A stretch of 62,245 nt of DNA, the filler included, from Nemertoderma westbladi (Eukaryota; Animalia; Xenacoelomorpha): NCBI GenBank assembly GCA_032718475.1. It is 3 parts of 3 records of this genome, joined end to end, with 100 filler letters (N's around TTAATTAATTAA, not from the genome) between each part and the next. Parts side by side here need not be neighbours in the genome. Positions count along the whole stretch, not along the records: positions 18,102 to 38,538 come from JAUCBJ010005150.1; positions 38,639 to 62,245 come from JAUCBJ010000667.1; 1 more part is not named here. One strand, written 5' to 3'. Position 1 is the stretch's first letter. Every line of letters starts with the position of its first letter. Position numbers and translations under genes: made by a program. This document shows positions 36,168 to 47,639 of the stretch, in pieces. The notes beneath the pieces are model-generated. The model was not told where the DNA came from, searched no databases, and saw only the letters and a program-made list of their open reading frames with translations.

Positions 36168-36819
36168 ATTGTTTATATGGAAACTCTATGTAGGCCTATT
36201 ACAAGATGCCATGCATTTAATAACATTAAAATCATAATGTTTTAGTATTGATGTACTAATGTTAGCATAATAATGAGAAAATAGTGAGAAAAAAATCAGG
36301 AATGCTATGAGAATGCTATGAAATAATTCCAATATTAGCTTAATGTTAGAATAACATTAGAATGTTAAGGGTGGGAAATCCACTAACTATTAAAATTCCA
36401 ATGTTAAAATAACACTGATTAATATTTGTTACCAAATACTGCCAAAAGTGCACTTCTATTGCACAGGGTCCGAGCGCTTTGCCAAAAAAATATTAAAACT
36501 GGCATTAGTTTAACATTTGAATTTTAATATTTTATTATATGAATAAAGATGTTAATAAACATTATTTTAATGTTGCTATGGTTTGCAGGGTAAGTAATAG
36601 GCCATAGGCAATAATACAGTAGATAAGGCAATAGGAGGCCTATGGGTACGAATACTGAAACTGAAGTAGGCCTAATACTGTAGGTACAGTACATCGGTAC
36701 GAAACCTAATAACAGAATGAATACGTTGTTCTGAAGGCAATAGGCCTATCGGTACGAATACTGTAACTGAAGACTGAAGCATGCGCCCATGTGAAGAATA
36801 CCAGGATTTAATATAAAAT

Positions 36820-37155
36820 ATTTGGTGCTGGAATAATTTTTTTTGGTTGACAAGTAATTATTTTTGGGGGATGAATAATTGTTTTTGTGGGTGAATAATT
36901 GTTTTTGGGGGAAATAATTGTTTTTGGGGGATGAATAATTGTTTTTGGGGAATCAATAATTGTTTTTGGGGGACGAATAATTGTTTTTGGGGGATGAATA
37001 CTTGTTTTTGGGGGATGAATAATTGTTTTTGGTGAGAGGGATATTCAATATTGGGGGATGTGAATTGGTGCTACAAAAAAATATATTTGGTGGAAAATAA
37101 TTTATTTTGTTGTTAAATCATCTAATTTGGGGTGGCATTCAATTAGTGGCGTATA
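36820..37155 (-). repeat. ~21-bp minisatellite arm (ATGAATAATTGTTTTTGGGGG), right arm of a foldback-like element
   Basis: Tandem 21-mers; the reverse complement resembles 22940-23350. Confidence 0.75.
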
Positions 37156-37192
37156 TTAAATAATAATTAGTAACTAATTACTATAACTAATA

Positions 37193-37625
37193 AGCAGCTT
37201 GGTCTAGTGGTGACATTCCTGGGCTTCCATTCAGGAAGCCCTGGTTCGATCCCTAGATAGGGGCAGCACTTTTTGGCACGGGACTTAAATGCTGCAGCCT
37301 AGATCAACCGGGGCTTTCATCCTTGGCTGGTCGGTAAATGGGAACCAAGGTAACTTGGGAAATATAGTGGAAGCGTTTATGTAGTTGAATGGTTTACTGT
37401 GGAAGATCACCCATGGTGGTGAACAGTCATTCCTTTATGAAACAGAGTGGAAGGGTTTACTGTGGAAGATCACCCATGGTGGTGAACATGCATTCCTTTA
37501 GGGAACAGAGTGGAAGGGTTTACTGTGGAAGATCAACCATGGTGGTGAACAGGCAATCCTTTAGGAAACGGAGTAGAAGGGTTTACTGTGGAAGATCAGA
37601 TCACCCTTTCATCTCAGAGAATTAT
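37193..37625 (+). mobile_element. tRNA(Gly-TCC-like)-derived SINE with a 63-bp tandem repeat in its 3' part
   Basis: A-box TGGTCTAGTGG, CTTCCA anticodon loop, B-box GGTTCGATCCC; central GCTTTCATCCTT...GGTCGGTAAATGGGAACC; repeat units start 37391, 37454, 37517, 37580. Confidence 0.7.
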
Positions 37626-38179
37626 TAATAATTGTGTGGCAACCCGCATACATAACACATGTAATATACAGTCCCGAAACTTTGTTATTACGGTTGCCTA
37701 GCAACCCTAGAGATTGAGTCTAGGCCCACCTACATAATGGTACAACAGGACTGCAGTATGCCATATTAGTAATTAACAATTATTGTTTATTAAATACTTA
37801 TTATTAGTACGCCATCTCCACAATTGCCTATTTGTGATAACAACAACCGTAATTTAACCTAGTCTAATTAAAAGGATTGGATTGGGCGTGGGCGCGATTC
37901 ATTTTTATAAGAATATAAAAATTAAAGTAAAAAACTTAAAATGTTAGAATATTGGAATAAAACATTTGAATTAGGGCGGTCTATATCGATTTAAGTTTTA
38001 ACTTTTCTTCTGTTCAATTAATGTGGTTCTGAGCTTGGCTGGCTGCAACACATGTGTATGAATGCCAAGGTGGTTGCTACCAATGTAGCGCCTTGGATAA
38101 GATATATGACCAGACATTCAGCCAATCTCTGGAGGGTTTGCAGCCTGAGCCTCCTTCGCTCCTGGCTGTATTATTGAGG

Positions 38180-38207
38180 TTTGGACATTAAAGCTTTAAT
38201 GTCCAAA
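38180..38207. repeat. Perfect 28-bp palindrome
   Basis: TTTGGACATTAAAG|CTTTAATGTCCAAA. Confidence 0.95.
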
Positions 38208-38259
38208 ATATCTTTGAGAACCATCTACTAGCTACGTACGTACTGGTACTACTGGGAGG

Positions 38260-38309
38260 GAATTCTTTGAAGTTTACCGTGTCTAGACACGGTAAACTTC
38301 AAAGAATTC
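38260..38309. repeat. Perfect 50-bp palindrome
   Basis: GAATTCTTTGAAGTTTACCGTGTCT|AGACACGGTAAACTTCAAAGAATTC. Confidence 0.95.
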
Positions 38310-38538
38310 AAACGGTGGTTTGCTGGTTATGTAATAACGGTTAATAATCTTGTCAGATATCATACTATCAATTGGTTTACTATTATTTTAATACTATAAT
38401 ACTTTATTAGTATATTACAATTTATTTAATATTTTATTAATTATTTATTTAATTATTAAAATATTTATTTAAAGTAGGTTTGATTATTAATGATTTATTT
38501 TATTAATTAATTATAATAATTATTTTAATATTATAATT

Positions 38539-38638
38539 NNNNNNNNNNNNNNNNNNNNNNNNNNNNNNNNNNNNNNNNNNNNTTAATTAATTAANNNNNN
38601 NNNNNNNNNNNNNNNNNNNNNNNNNNNNNNNNNNNNNN
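38539..38638. other. Assembly gap with artificial six-frame-stop linker
   Basis: N44 + TTAATTAATTAA + N44. Confidence 0.97.
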
Positions 38639-39352
38639 CCAGTCTACACCAACACTAACGTATCGCAGTGTACCAGTCTACACCAACACTAACGTCTCTC
38701 AGTGTACCAGACTACAACAACACTAACGTCTCTCAGTGTACCAGTCTAAACCAACACTAATGTCTCGCTGTGTACCAGTCTACACCAACACTAACGTCTC
38801 GCAGTGTACCAGTCTACACCAACACTAACGTCTCTCAGTGTACCAGTCTACACCAACACTAATGTCTCGCTGTGTACCAGTTTACACCAACACTAACGTA
38901 TCTCAGTGTACCAGTCTACATCAACACTAATGTCTCGCTGTGTACCAGTCAGTCTACACCAACACTATCGTCTCGCTGTGTACCAGTCTACACCAACACT
39001 AACGTCTCTAAGTGTACCAGTCTACACCAACACTAACGTCTTTCAGTGCAGTCTACACCAACACTAATGTCTCGATGTGTACCAGTCTACACCAACACTA
39101 ATGTCTCGCTGTGTACCAGTCTACACCAACACTAACGTCTCGAAGTGTACCAGACTACACCAACACTAACGTCTATCAGTGTACCAGTCGACACCAACAC
39201 TAATGTCTCGCTGTGTACCAGTCTACACCAACACTAACGTCTCGCGGTGTACCCATCAACACCAACACTAACGTCTCGCAGTGTACCGAGTCTACACCAA
39301 CACAAACGTCTCGCAGTGTACCAGTCTACACCAACACAAACGTAAAGCAGTG
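38639..39352. repeat. 34-bp minisatellite, ~21 copies, cut off by the gap
   Basis: GTGTACCAGTCTACACCAACACTAACGTCTCGCA unit. Confidence 0.95.
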
Positions 39353-40166
39353 TTTGAAAATTGTAATTCCGTACGAGAAACCGTATCGCAAATATCTCGA
39401 CTTATATATCACATTACCACAAACGGAAAATAATTGTGTATTGCCCTGCGGTTAGAGGAAGATAATTTAGAATTTGAATGTCACATGTTGAGCAGTTTAA
39501 AAGCTATTTTAAAAATGTCATGTTTTCGTTACGGAATTACGAAATTCGCAATAACGTTTTGTTATTTTTTCAATCGAAGTTAGTTGCTTTCTAGGAAACC
39601 AATATTAATTTATTTCTTAAGTACAACCGAGGTTGAACCATCACTCGCACAGCCAATTAGACAGACTAGGATTAATGTATTTATACTGTAATGACTGTAT
39701 TTTACCCTTAATTGTAGGTAAAGTTCGCACAAACATTTTGGAAAATGTAAAAAAATGTAGTCAATTTCAACTTGCCAGTAGGAACCCACACATAACGGAA
39801 TTTGCTTCCAATTTCTCATTTCAGATACTTTAGGATATTAGGAATGGGATCCAAACATTAAAAAGGTTATCTGTCAATGTTTTTTTTGAGTCCCTATGTC
39901 CGTTTATTCCTGAAATTCATGAAATGATGTTGTTAACAATCTAGTTTATCTATTCACGAGCGCTTATATCCTGCAAATAATATCCAATATGGGGGTAACA
40001 TGAATCAATAGTGTGACGGGGGGGGGGGGGGGGGGGTAACAGGAAGGTGGGGGGTGGGGGGTAAGTGTAATGTTTATGTTTGTGTCCCTCATTAATGTTT
40101 CTATCCCTCATTAATGGCTTTTGTTTAAATTATATTAAAATATGTTTCTGCATACTGTATACATTA

Positions 40167-40681
40167 CGCCATGACATATAATATAATTTCATTTTCTGAT
40201 GACACGGACCCCCCCCCCCCCCCCCCCAAATGTTTCTATAAATCTTTATCATATTGCTTGAAATTGAAACACAACTAGTTCAAATTACCGTGGTTGAACC
40301 CATGAAGCCAGAATTTTCGATTTTGCCTTTAAATTTTTTTTATAACGGTTTTAAAAAAGTGTCTTTTGCGAAATCGCACCATCCGTACTGTATCATTGCC
40401 ATTCTTCACATGAGTTGTAAATTTTTCATATTAATATTGTAGAAAGCTTGCGTTGCAAGGATTCGAAATATGTAACAATATCTGAATTTCGTTGAGAAAC
40501 AGCTGAGATATAAGCGTTCAAAGATTGCAAGAATTATCGTTCGCTGAAGGCCATTTATTATATTTAATAAATACACGATGTTCTGGAACATTTTGTTTAT
40601 GTATGAATAGTTAAGGCAATACAGTAGAGATATTCTTTCAAATTTCAAACAATATGATAAAGATTTATGGAAAAAAAGATT

Positions 40682-40712
<31 letters not shown>

Positions 40713-40757
40713 GGCTCCGTGTTATCAGAAAATGACAATATATTACGGGTCATGGTG
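40167..40757. mobile_element. Tc1/mariner-like MITE, deleted copy
   Basis: TA|CGCCATGAC...GTCATGGTG|TA; same family as 43934-44941. Confidence 0.75.
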
Positions 40758-40805
40758 TATTTTGTGCACTTTTTTTTATATTTACAACAAGTATAGGCCT
40801 ACTTA

Positions 40806-41586
40806 CTACTACTACTAGGTCGAGCGAACTCGGACAGTGGAAATGAGATCCTTCCAGGCTTCCCGATTCTCCATAGTTGTCGCAATTTCGTTTCTCCCAA
40901 GTTCAGTATCCCTTTCAAGTTGATCTATATATGTTATGGCAGGTCGTCTTCGACTACGCTTTCCATGAGTTGGTTGCCAGAGAAGTAGATCAGGTATGAC
41001 CTCGTCTTTACTTCGCCAGCAGTGCCCACTGAATCTTAATCTGCGTTCACGGAGGGTGGTTGATACAGGTGGTATTGTACCATAAAGCTCGGCGTTTGTC
41101 ATGTGTTCTCTCCAGCTGATGTTTAGGGCTGCCCTTAGTAGTCTTGTGTAGCAACCATCAATTCGTTGTTCAAGTGATTTAGTCAGTGTCCAGGTCTCAC
41201 CCCCGTATAAAAATACACTTTCCACTGTGGCTCGAAAGAACTTAGTCTTCAGGTGCCTGGAGAGATCTGATTTCCAGATGGTATCCATTTTTGATAGAGC
41301 TATACCCAAGCCTTTGCTTTCCTAACTTCTATGTCCTTTTTGCTACTGTACTATCTATCCATGATCCAAGGTACTGGAAGTCATCGACCTTCCTTAGTTG
41401 ATTATTATCAATGGTTGTCAAGTTTCCATCAACATTAAAGGTCATGAATTCGGTCTTGGTAGCATTTATATGCAATCCAACCTCCTTAGCAGCCCTCTCC
41501 ACTTTATTTAGTAGAAGCTGTGCATCTGCAAGCGTATTAGCGTATTATGTCATCCGCAAAGTCGGTGTCTGTGACTGTAGTTGCCG
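40806..41586 (-). mobile_element. 5'-truncated RTE-like LINE (same family as 22037-22851) with 10-bp TSD
   Basis: Near-identical C-terminal ORF, (TAG)n tail, TSD GGCCTACTTA at 40796-40805 and 41587-41596. Confidence 0.92.
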
Positions 41587-41727
41587 GGCCTACTTAACAG
41601 TAGTCATGTAGTATGCATCTATGTTGTACAGTACATTTATTGTGTATTCTTGCATAATTTGTTACGATACTGTTACGATAACGAGAGTGAGCCTAACTGG
41701 CTTGTCGGAGGACATAAATAATATTAC

Positions 41728-42760
41728 AATTAATATTTGTGCCCCTCATTAATGTTTGTGTCCCTCATTAATATTTGTGTCCCTTATTAACTTTTGTGTT
41801 CCTCATTAATGTATGTCCCTCATTAATGGTTGTGTCCCTCATTAATATTTTTCTCCCTCATTAATGGTTGTGTCCCTCATTAATATTTGTGCCCTCATTA
41901 ATGTATTTCCCTCATTAATATTTGTGTTCCTCTAATGTATGTCCCTCATAAATGGTTGTGTCCCTCATTAATATTTGTATCCCTCATTAATGGTTGTGTC
42001 CCTCATTAATATTTGTGTCTATCATTAATGGTTGTGTCCCTTATTAATATTTGTGTCCCTCATTAATGTATGTCCCTCATTAATGGTTGTGTCCCTCATT
42101 AATGTTTGTGTCCCTCATCAATGTATGTCCAATGTCCCTCATCAGTGGTTGTGTCCCTCATTAATATTTGTGTCCCACATTCATATTTGTGTCCCTCATT
42201 AATGTATGTCCCTCATTAATGGCTGTGTCCTCATTAAAATGTGTGTTCCTCATTAATATATCTCCCTCATTAATGGTTATTGTCTCCCTCATTTATATTT
42301 GTGTCCCTCATTAATGTTTGTGTCCCTCATTAATATTTGTGTTCCTCATTAATGTATGTCCCTCATTAATGGTTGTGTCCCTCATTAATATTTGTATCCC
42401 TCATTAATGGTTGTGTCCTTCATTAATATTTGTGTCTATCATTAATGGTTGTGTCCCTTATCAATATTTGTATCCCTCATTAATGTATGTCTCTCATTAA
42501 TGGTTGTGTCCCTCATTAATAGTTGTGTCCCACATTAATATTTGTGTCCCTCATCAATGTATGTCCCTCACTAATGGTTGTGTTCCTCATTAATATTTAT
42601 GTCCCACATTAATATTTGTGTCCCTCATTAATGTATGTCCTTCATTAATGATTGTGCCCGTCTTTAATAATTGCATCTCCCATTAATGTACAGTATGTCC
42701 CTCATTAAAGTTTGTGCCCCTGATTTATTACTGTATGCTCCACATTAATGTTTATGTCAT
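41728..42760. repeat. 19/17-bp minisatellite (CATTAATNNTTGTGTCCCT / CATTAATGTATGTCCCT)
   Basis: About 1 kb of tandem units; 2-3 more units at 40075-40117. Confidence 0.95.
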
Positions 42761-43933
42761 GCCGGCTTTGAGCTTCCGTATTTTCAGAATTGATGATAAT
42801 ATTAATAATCAATTATTATTTACTATTATGGTGGTTTCATTTTCATATATTTCTTCTTTCACTGCTTATCAGTTATAATGGACGCCTGAATTTGGCTATA
42901 TCACTCATGTACTAGAGCCTAGAGGTAACGGGCCCTGTAAGCACCTACAGACCTAGCACTCCGTTTCCTGTGTCGTTCGCGGTGTCTGCACCTGCTGACC
43001 TGTGTCGGCCGTGTGTCTGAAATCTGGGCCGGAACCTGTGTCGGCCGTTGTGTCTGAATCTGTGCCTGCAGCTGCATCTCCGCCGCCGGCTACTGTCGGT
43101 ATGTCTGTCGGCAACAGTGTCGGTTTCTGCACTTGTGTCGACACATGTGTTATGGGTACAGCGGCGCGGCTACACCTACACCCAGGTATAGAACTGTCAG
43201 GCTACCTTTCTAACAAAAGGCATGAAAGGGCTACCGGTATTTTATTATAGACTGATCAGCTGATAGAATGTTAGAGAACATAATAGAATGTACGAGCCAA
43301 TGGAAATAGCACTACCGGTAGGTAATACTGTAATACCGTGACGACACCATTGAAAGTTGAATCTACCACTACTGCACAAATACCAGCAGACTTGTAGAAC
43401 CTGAACAGTCATGGCATACAGGCTGACAGGAATACAGAATACGAACAGTACTGCAGTCAGCAGTACAGTACAGACAGCAATACAGCGTACAGGTAACGGT
43501 ATCTTACAGTCTTACCTCGCTAGCAAGGCCAAGGACTACTGATACTGAAGCTAGCCTACAGCAGTACAGGCTGACAGGTACAGCAGAAATGGTCATACTG
43601 TCATAGGTCTGTAGGTGGAGCGTGGGGCAGTGGGGGCCCCCAACTGCCACCACCCAACATCAACCTGCCTACAAGCTACAACCCAACAACATCCTGTCTG
43701 CCTGTGTCCTGACATCCCACACAGGCTGACAGGCAGGCAGGATAGGCATACTGCCAGACTGCATACAGGAATACTGGAATAAGCCACGTCAGCTCAGCAC
43801 CTGAGCACTGCAGGCTGCAGCAGTTCCTCAAGCAGTAAAGCCTGCAAGCCTTGAAGCAGCCTCAGCATTCTGGCATTCCGCTGAATCATAGTTTTATCAG
43901 TTTACACTTACAGCATATTTTTGTACTGTTGTA

Positions 43934-44941
43934 CACCATGTCCCGTAATATAGTGTCATTTTCTGATGACACGGACCCCCCCCCCCCCAAATTTTTTACA
44001 AATCTTTATCATATTGCTTGAAATTTGAAACACAACTAGTTCAACTCACCGTCGATGACCCGATGACAGCATGAAGCAGGAATTTTCGATTTTGCCTTTA
44101 AATTCAGAAATTATTTTTATAAGCGTTTTAAAAAAGTGTCTTTGGGAATTCGCAGCCTCCGTATAGTCAGATAGTGGACATTCTTCACATTAGTCGTAAT
44201 TTTTTCATATTAAAAAGATTGCCTTGCAAGGATTCGAAATATGTAACAATATCTGAATTTCGTTGAGAAACAACTGAGATACGGTATAGGCGTTCAAAGA
44301 TTGCAAGAACTATTGTCCGCTGAACAGCTGAAGGCCATTTATTATATTTAATAAATACACGATGTTCTGGAACAATTTGTATAAGTACAGAAGTATGAAT
44401 AGCTATGCAATAGACAGATAGATATAGTGCTGTAGTGGATAGGATTACCGCTGTTGCCAACCAACTCATAAAATAAATAACACGTTCTAGAATTTTGTGT
44501 ATTTATTAAATAGAACAGTAGAATAAATGGCATGCAGCGAACGATAATTCTAGCAATCTTTGAACGCCTTTATCTCAGCTGTTTCTCAACGAAATTCAGA
44601 TATTGTTACATATTGGGAATCCTTGCAAGGCAAGCTTTTTAATAATATGAAAAAATTACGACTAATGTGAAGAATGTCCACGATACGGAAACAGAGGGTG
44701 CGATTTCGCAAAAGACACTTTTTTAAAACGCCTATAAAAATAATTTAAAGGCAAACTCGAAAATTCCGGCTTCATATGGTCAACCACGGTGAGTGGAACT
44801 GGTGGAGTTTCAAATTTCAAGCAATATGACAAAGATTTGTAGAAAAATCTGGGGGGGGGGGGGGGGTGGTCCGCTGCCTGGGACCTGGAGTCCGTGTCAT
44901 CGGAAAATGACACTATATTACGGGACATGGCTGACATGGTG
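43934..44941. mobile_element. Tc1/mariner-like foldback MITE with ~400-bp inverted arms
   Basis: TA|CACCATGTCCCGTAATATAGTGTCATTTTC ... GAAAATGACACTATATTACGGGACATGG(CTGACATGG)TG|TA; arms ~43934-44335 and ~44535-44941. Confidence 0.85.
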
Positions 44942-45264
44942 TATTGCAGTTCAGCAGTTGGCAGTAATATCACATTTGAGGCACAGTGCTACGAAATTTT
45001 GTGGTCGATTCCCCTATGCCCCGTGCGAACCACTTACTGACTTACCGGTATACTTTTTTCAAAAGTTTGTTGATTCAGCTATGTCCATGCTGCACGGCAA
45101 ACCAATCCTTTTCAAAGTGTGTTGATTCCTCTATCAGTCTATGACTTGACTATGGCTATGCCCTTATTACAGTAGGCCTATTACTGTACCGTATTAAGAA
45201 ACTTAATTATTTGAAAGTTTATTTATTGACGTAATACAGTACCGGTAATAGTATCAATAATAAC

Positions 45265-47639
45265 AATACTTATTACCCACCCAGAAGTTATTTGCCCGCT
45301 TTTTAATAGTAAGAAGCGGGTTTTCAACTCGGTTATTTTCCCGGAACCCGCTTTTCGCATGTTCAAAACAGTTGCTATGGATAAGCAAGTACAGTACATT
45401 CCATAATAATACAATACAATTTACTGTATTGTATTCACAATACAGTTAACATTGCGATTGTACTGTGTACTGTATGTGTATTCAGTCTTCATTTTTATTC
45501 TAGAACTAATATTTGACATTTTGCCAGAAAGATAGTAGCTAGTAATTTTGATTTTGTGTTAGCTAGTACTTTTTATTAGCTAGTGAAAATAATTATAATT
45601 TAAAAATTTAACAGTCTTGTTTCTTGTAAAAATGGCTTTTATTGTGAGGTTTCTTATTCTAGAACAAATGTTTGACTTTCTGACAGTAAGATGGTAGCTA
45701 GTACTTTTGATTTTGTGTTAACTAGGACTCTTTATTAGCTAGTAAAAAAAAATAACAAAAATAATATTTAATTCTCAACTATATATTTCTCTGGATGAAA
45801 TTATGAGCTAACTACTAATGAGCTTTCTACTGTAGCTACTAGTTTTTAAACAAAATATTGGCGGATGTCAAAATACTTTTTGCTATTCAGAAATGTAAAT
45901 TGACAATTGTACTAAAATAAAAAACCTCACGATAATAGCAATTAACATGGTCAAATAATTGGTCAAAAAGTGTGTACGCATTGCATAGTAGTAATGCCCT
46001 ACTGTGTTTTGGGCACACCCCCACCAAGTTTTTATACTAGCTAGTTTTTAGGCTAGAGTTCGGTGCCCGTGTCAGCATTTTCACTTTATTTCAAAATGTA
46101 TCTAGTTTACTAGCTATTACTTTTAATGTTTGTGTAAAGTTCTCTAGAACATTTCGAAATATATATATTTTTTATTTATGTTCTAGAACATTTCGTAATA
46201 TATATATATATTTTAATTATGTTCTAGAACAAAATTGTATTCGTTCTAGAATATTTTTTAAAAATTGTAAATTCTTTGATAAGGTTTACAAAATGGATAC
46301 AAATTTCATAGACAGATTGTTCAATGAGATGGACACAGAGGCGGTTGAGTACAATGACGCCATCTGTCTGGACTATGACAATGGAGAATTTTTAACGCAG
46401 GCTACAATGGTTGAGGAGGACAATACCGATAGTTTCGATGGTGCTACAGACGAAATGCTGAGTCAGTTATCAATGATGGAAGAGGTTATTAGCGACAATT
46501 TCGATATTGCAACTGACGAAATGCTGAGTCAGATATCAATGGCCGAAGAAGATAATAATGGCCGATGGCCTAACCCAACCTCGACAATATAAAAATAAAG
46601 CGTGGGAATACCCGGAGGATAGGTCTGTGTGTCCAGTGTCCTTGGCCTTGCATGAACTCTATATTGCTAAACGATTTCCTAATGGAAAGGTAGTGTCCGA
46701 AGCACCTTATTGGGTCCGTCCTAAACCAGACAATCCAAAGTCAGGCAAATCCCTTTGGTTCTGCGACCAGCCAACAGGGAAGAACAATAATATTTAAATC
46801 CATTGTCGAGACCGCCGATTTAAAGAGTGATGGACGTAAAATAACGCCTAACCGCTGCCGCAAGACAACAGCACAGTCACTCGTAGACAATGACGTGCCT
46901 GTAAACTACGCACATATGAAACTTGGCCATAAAAGCCTGTCCACGACGTCTAGTTATATCCGTCCTTCAGATGCTTCAAGCCAGAAAATTAGCAACATTC
47001 TTTCCTCGGTGATGTCAGGTGGGGATAACGTACGAGCGGAGAAAGTCACATCACGAGGTTGATGCAGCTGCAACCAAGTCCTTGAATTCAGTGCAGGTGG
47101 AAGCGAATCGGTTCAATGCACTCGACTTCAAATCACTATTTACCAATAACGTGATTGCCGGTGACATAAACATAACTTTTACAAAATAGACAGTAGACAC
47201 ATCGTAACAACCAACAACGTATCAGAAACTCTGAAGTAAATTGTTCAACAAATTGCTAAAATTATTTATATTGCGCTTCGAATATTATAGGGCCTACTTC
47301 AAATAATATACAGAAATATATTCATTGCCGTTAAACAGATAGTTATTTAAAAAATATAGATAATTATTCTTCCCCCAAAAAACCAAGCCCCTTTTTTATG
47401 ACCTGCCCCACCAACAAATCCCTCTTAGATTTGTTAATTAACCATGTCGGTGTGGAATAGTTACGCGGGAAAATAACTGCTGGTTGGGTAATAACTCACT
47501 TATTACCCTAGTTTTGAGTTATTTTCCTGGTTATTTTGCCCTTGGAGCAGGATACCCTCGGGCCTGCGGCCCTTGGGTTGTATCCTGCTCCGCGGGCAAA
47601 ATAACCGGGAAAATAACTCAAAACTAGGGTAATAAATAC
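45265..47639 (+). mobile_element. Crypton-type (tyrosine recombinase) DNA transposon, internally deleted
   Basis: 30-bp inverted repeat 45270-45299 / 47465-47494; 136-bp hairpin 47500-47635; AATAC direct repeat at both ends; YR coding remnant inside. Confidence 0.75.
46293..47062 (+). pseudogene. Crypton/DUF3504-like tyrosine recombinase remnant (acidic N-terminus fused to catalytic C-terminus)
   Basis: CPV...LYIAKRFP...PYWVRP...WFCDQPTGKN, frameshift near 46790, then FKSIVETADLKSDGRKITPNRCRKTTAQSLVDNDVP...LGHKSLSTTSSYIRPSDASSQKISNILSS: box II (H>N)xxR, LGH and catalytic Y. Confidence 0.85.

Larger units (their letters stand above)
24706..36590. mobile_element. TIR element (MITE-like) expanded by nested insertions
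   Basis: TA|CCCTGCAAACCA (24704-24717) and TGGTTTGCAGGG|TA (36579-36592); AATGTT/AACATT-rich internal pieces at 32190-32520 and 36170-36580. Confidence 0.6.

Noticed and set aside
38639-39352. CRISPR-like array
   Set aside because: Head-to-tail 34-bp units with no unique spacers, eukaryotic context and no cas genes.
42953-43870. Short ORFs in a GC-richer patch with TGTGTCGGC and ACAGGCTGACAGG repeats
   Set aside because: Low-complexity repeats with no recognisable protein or element ends.
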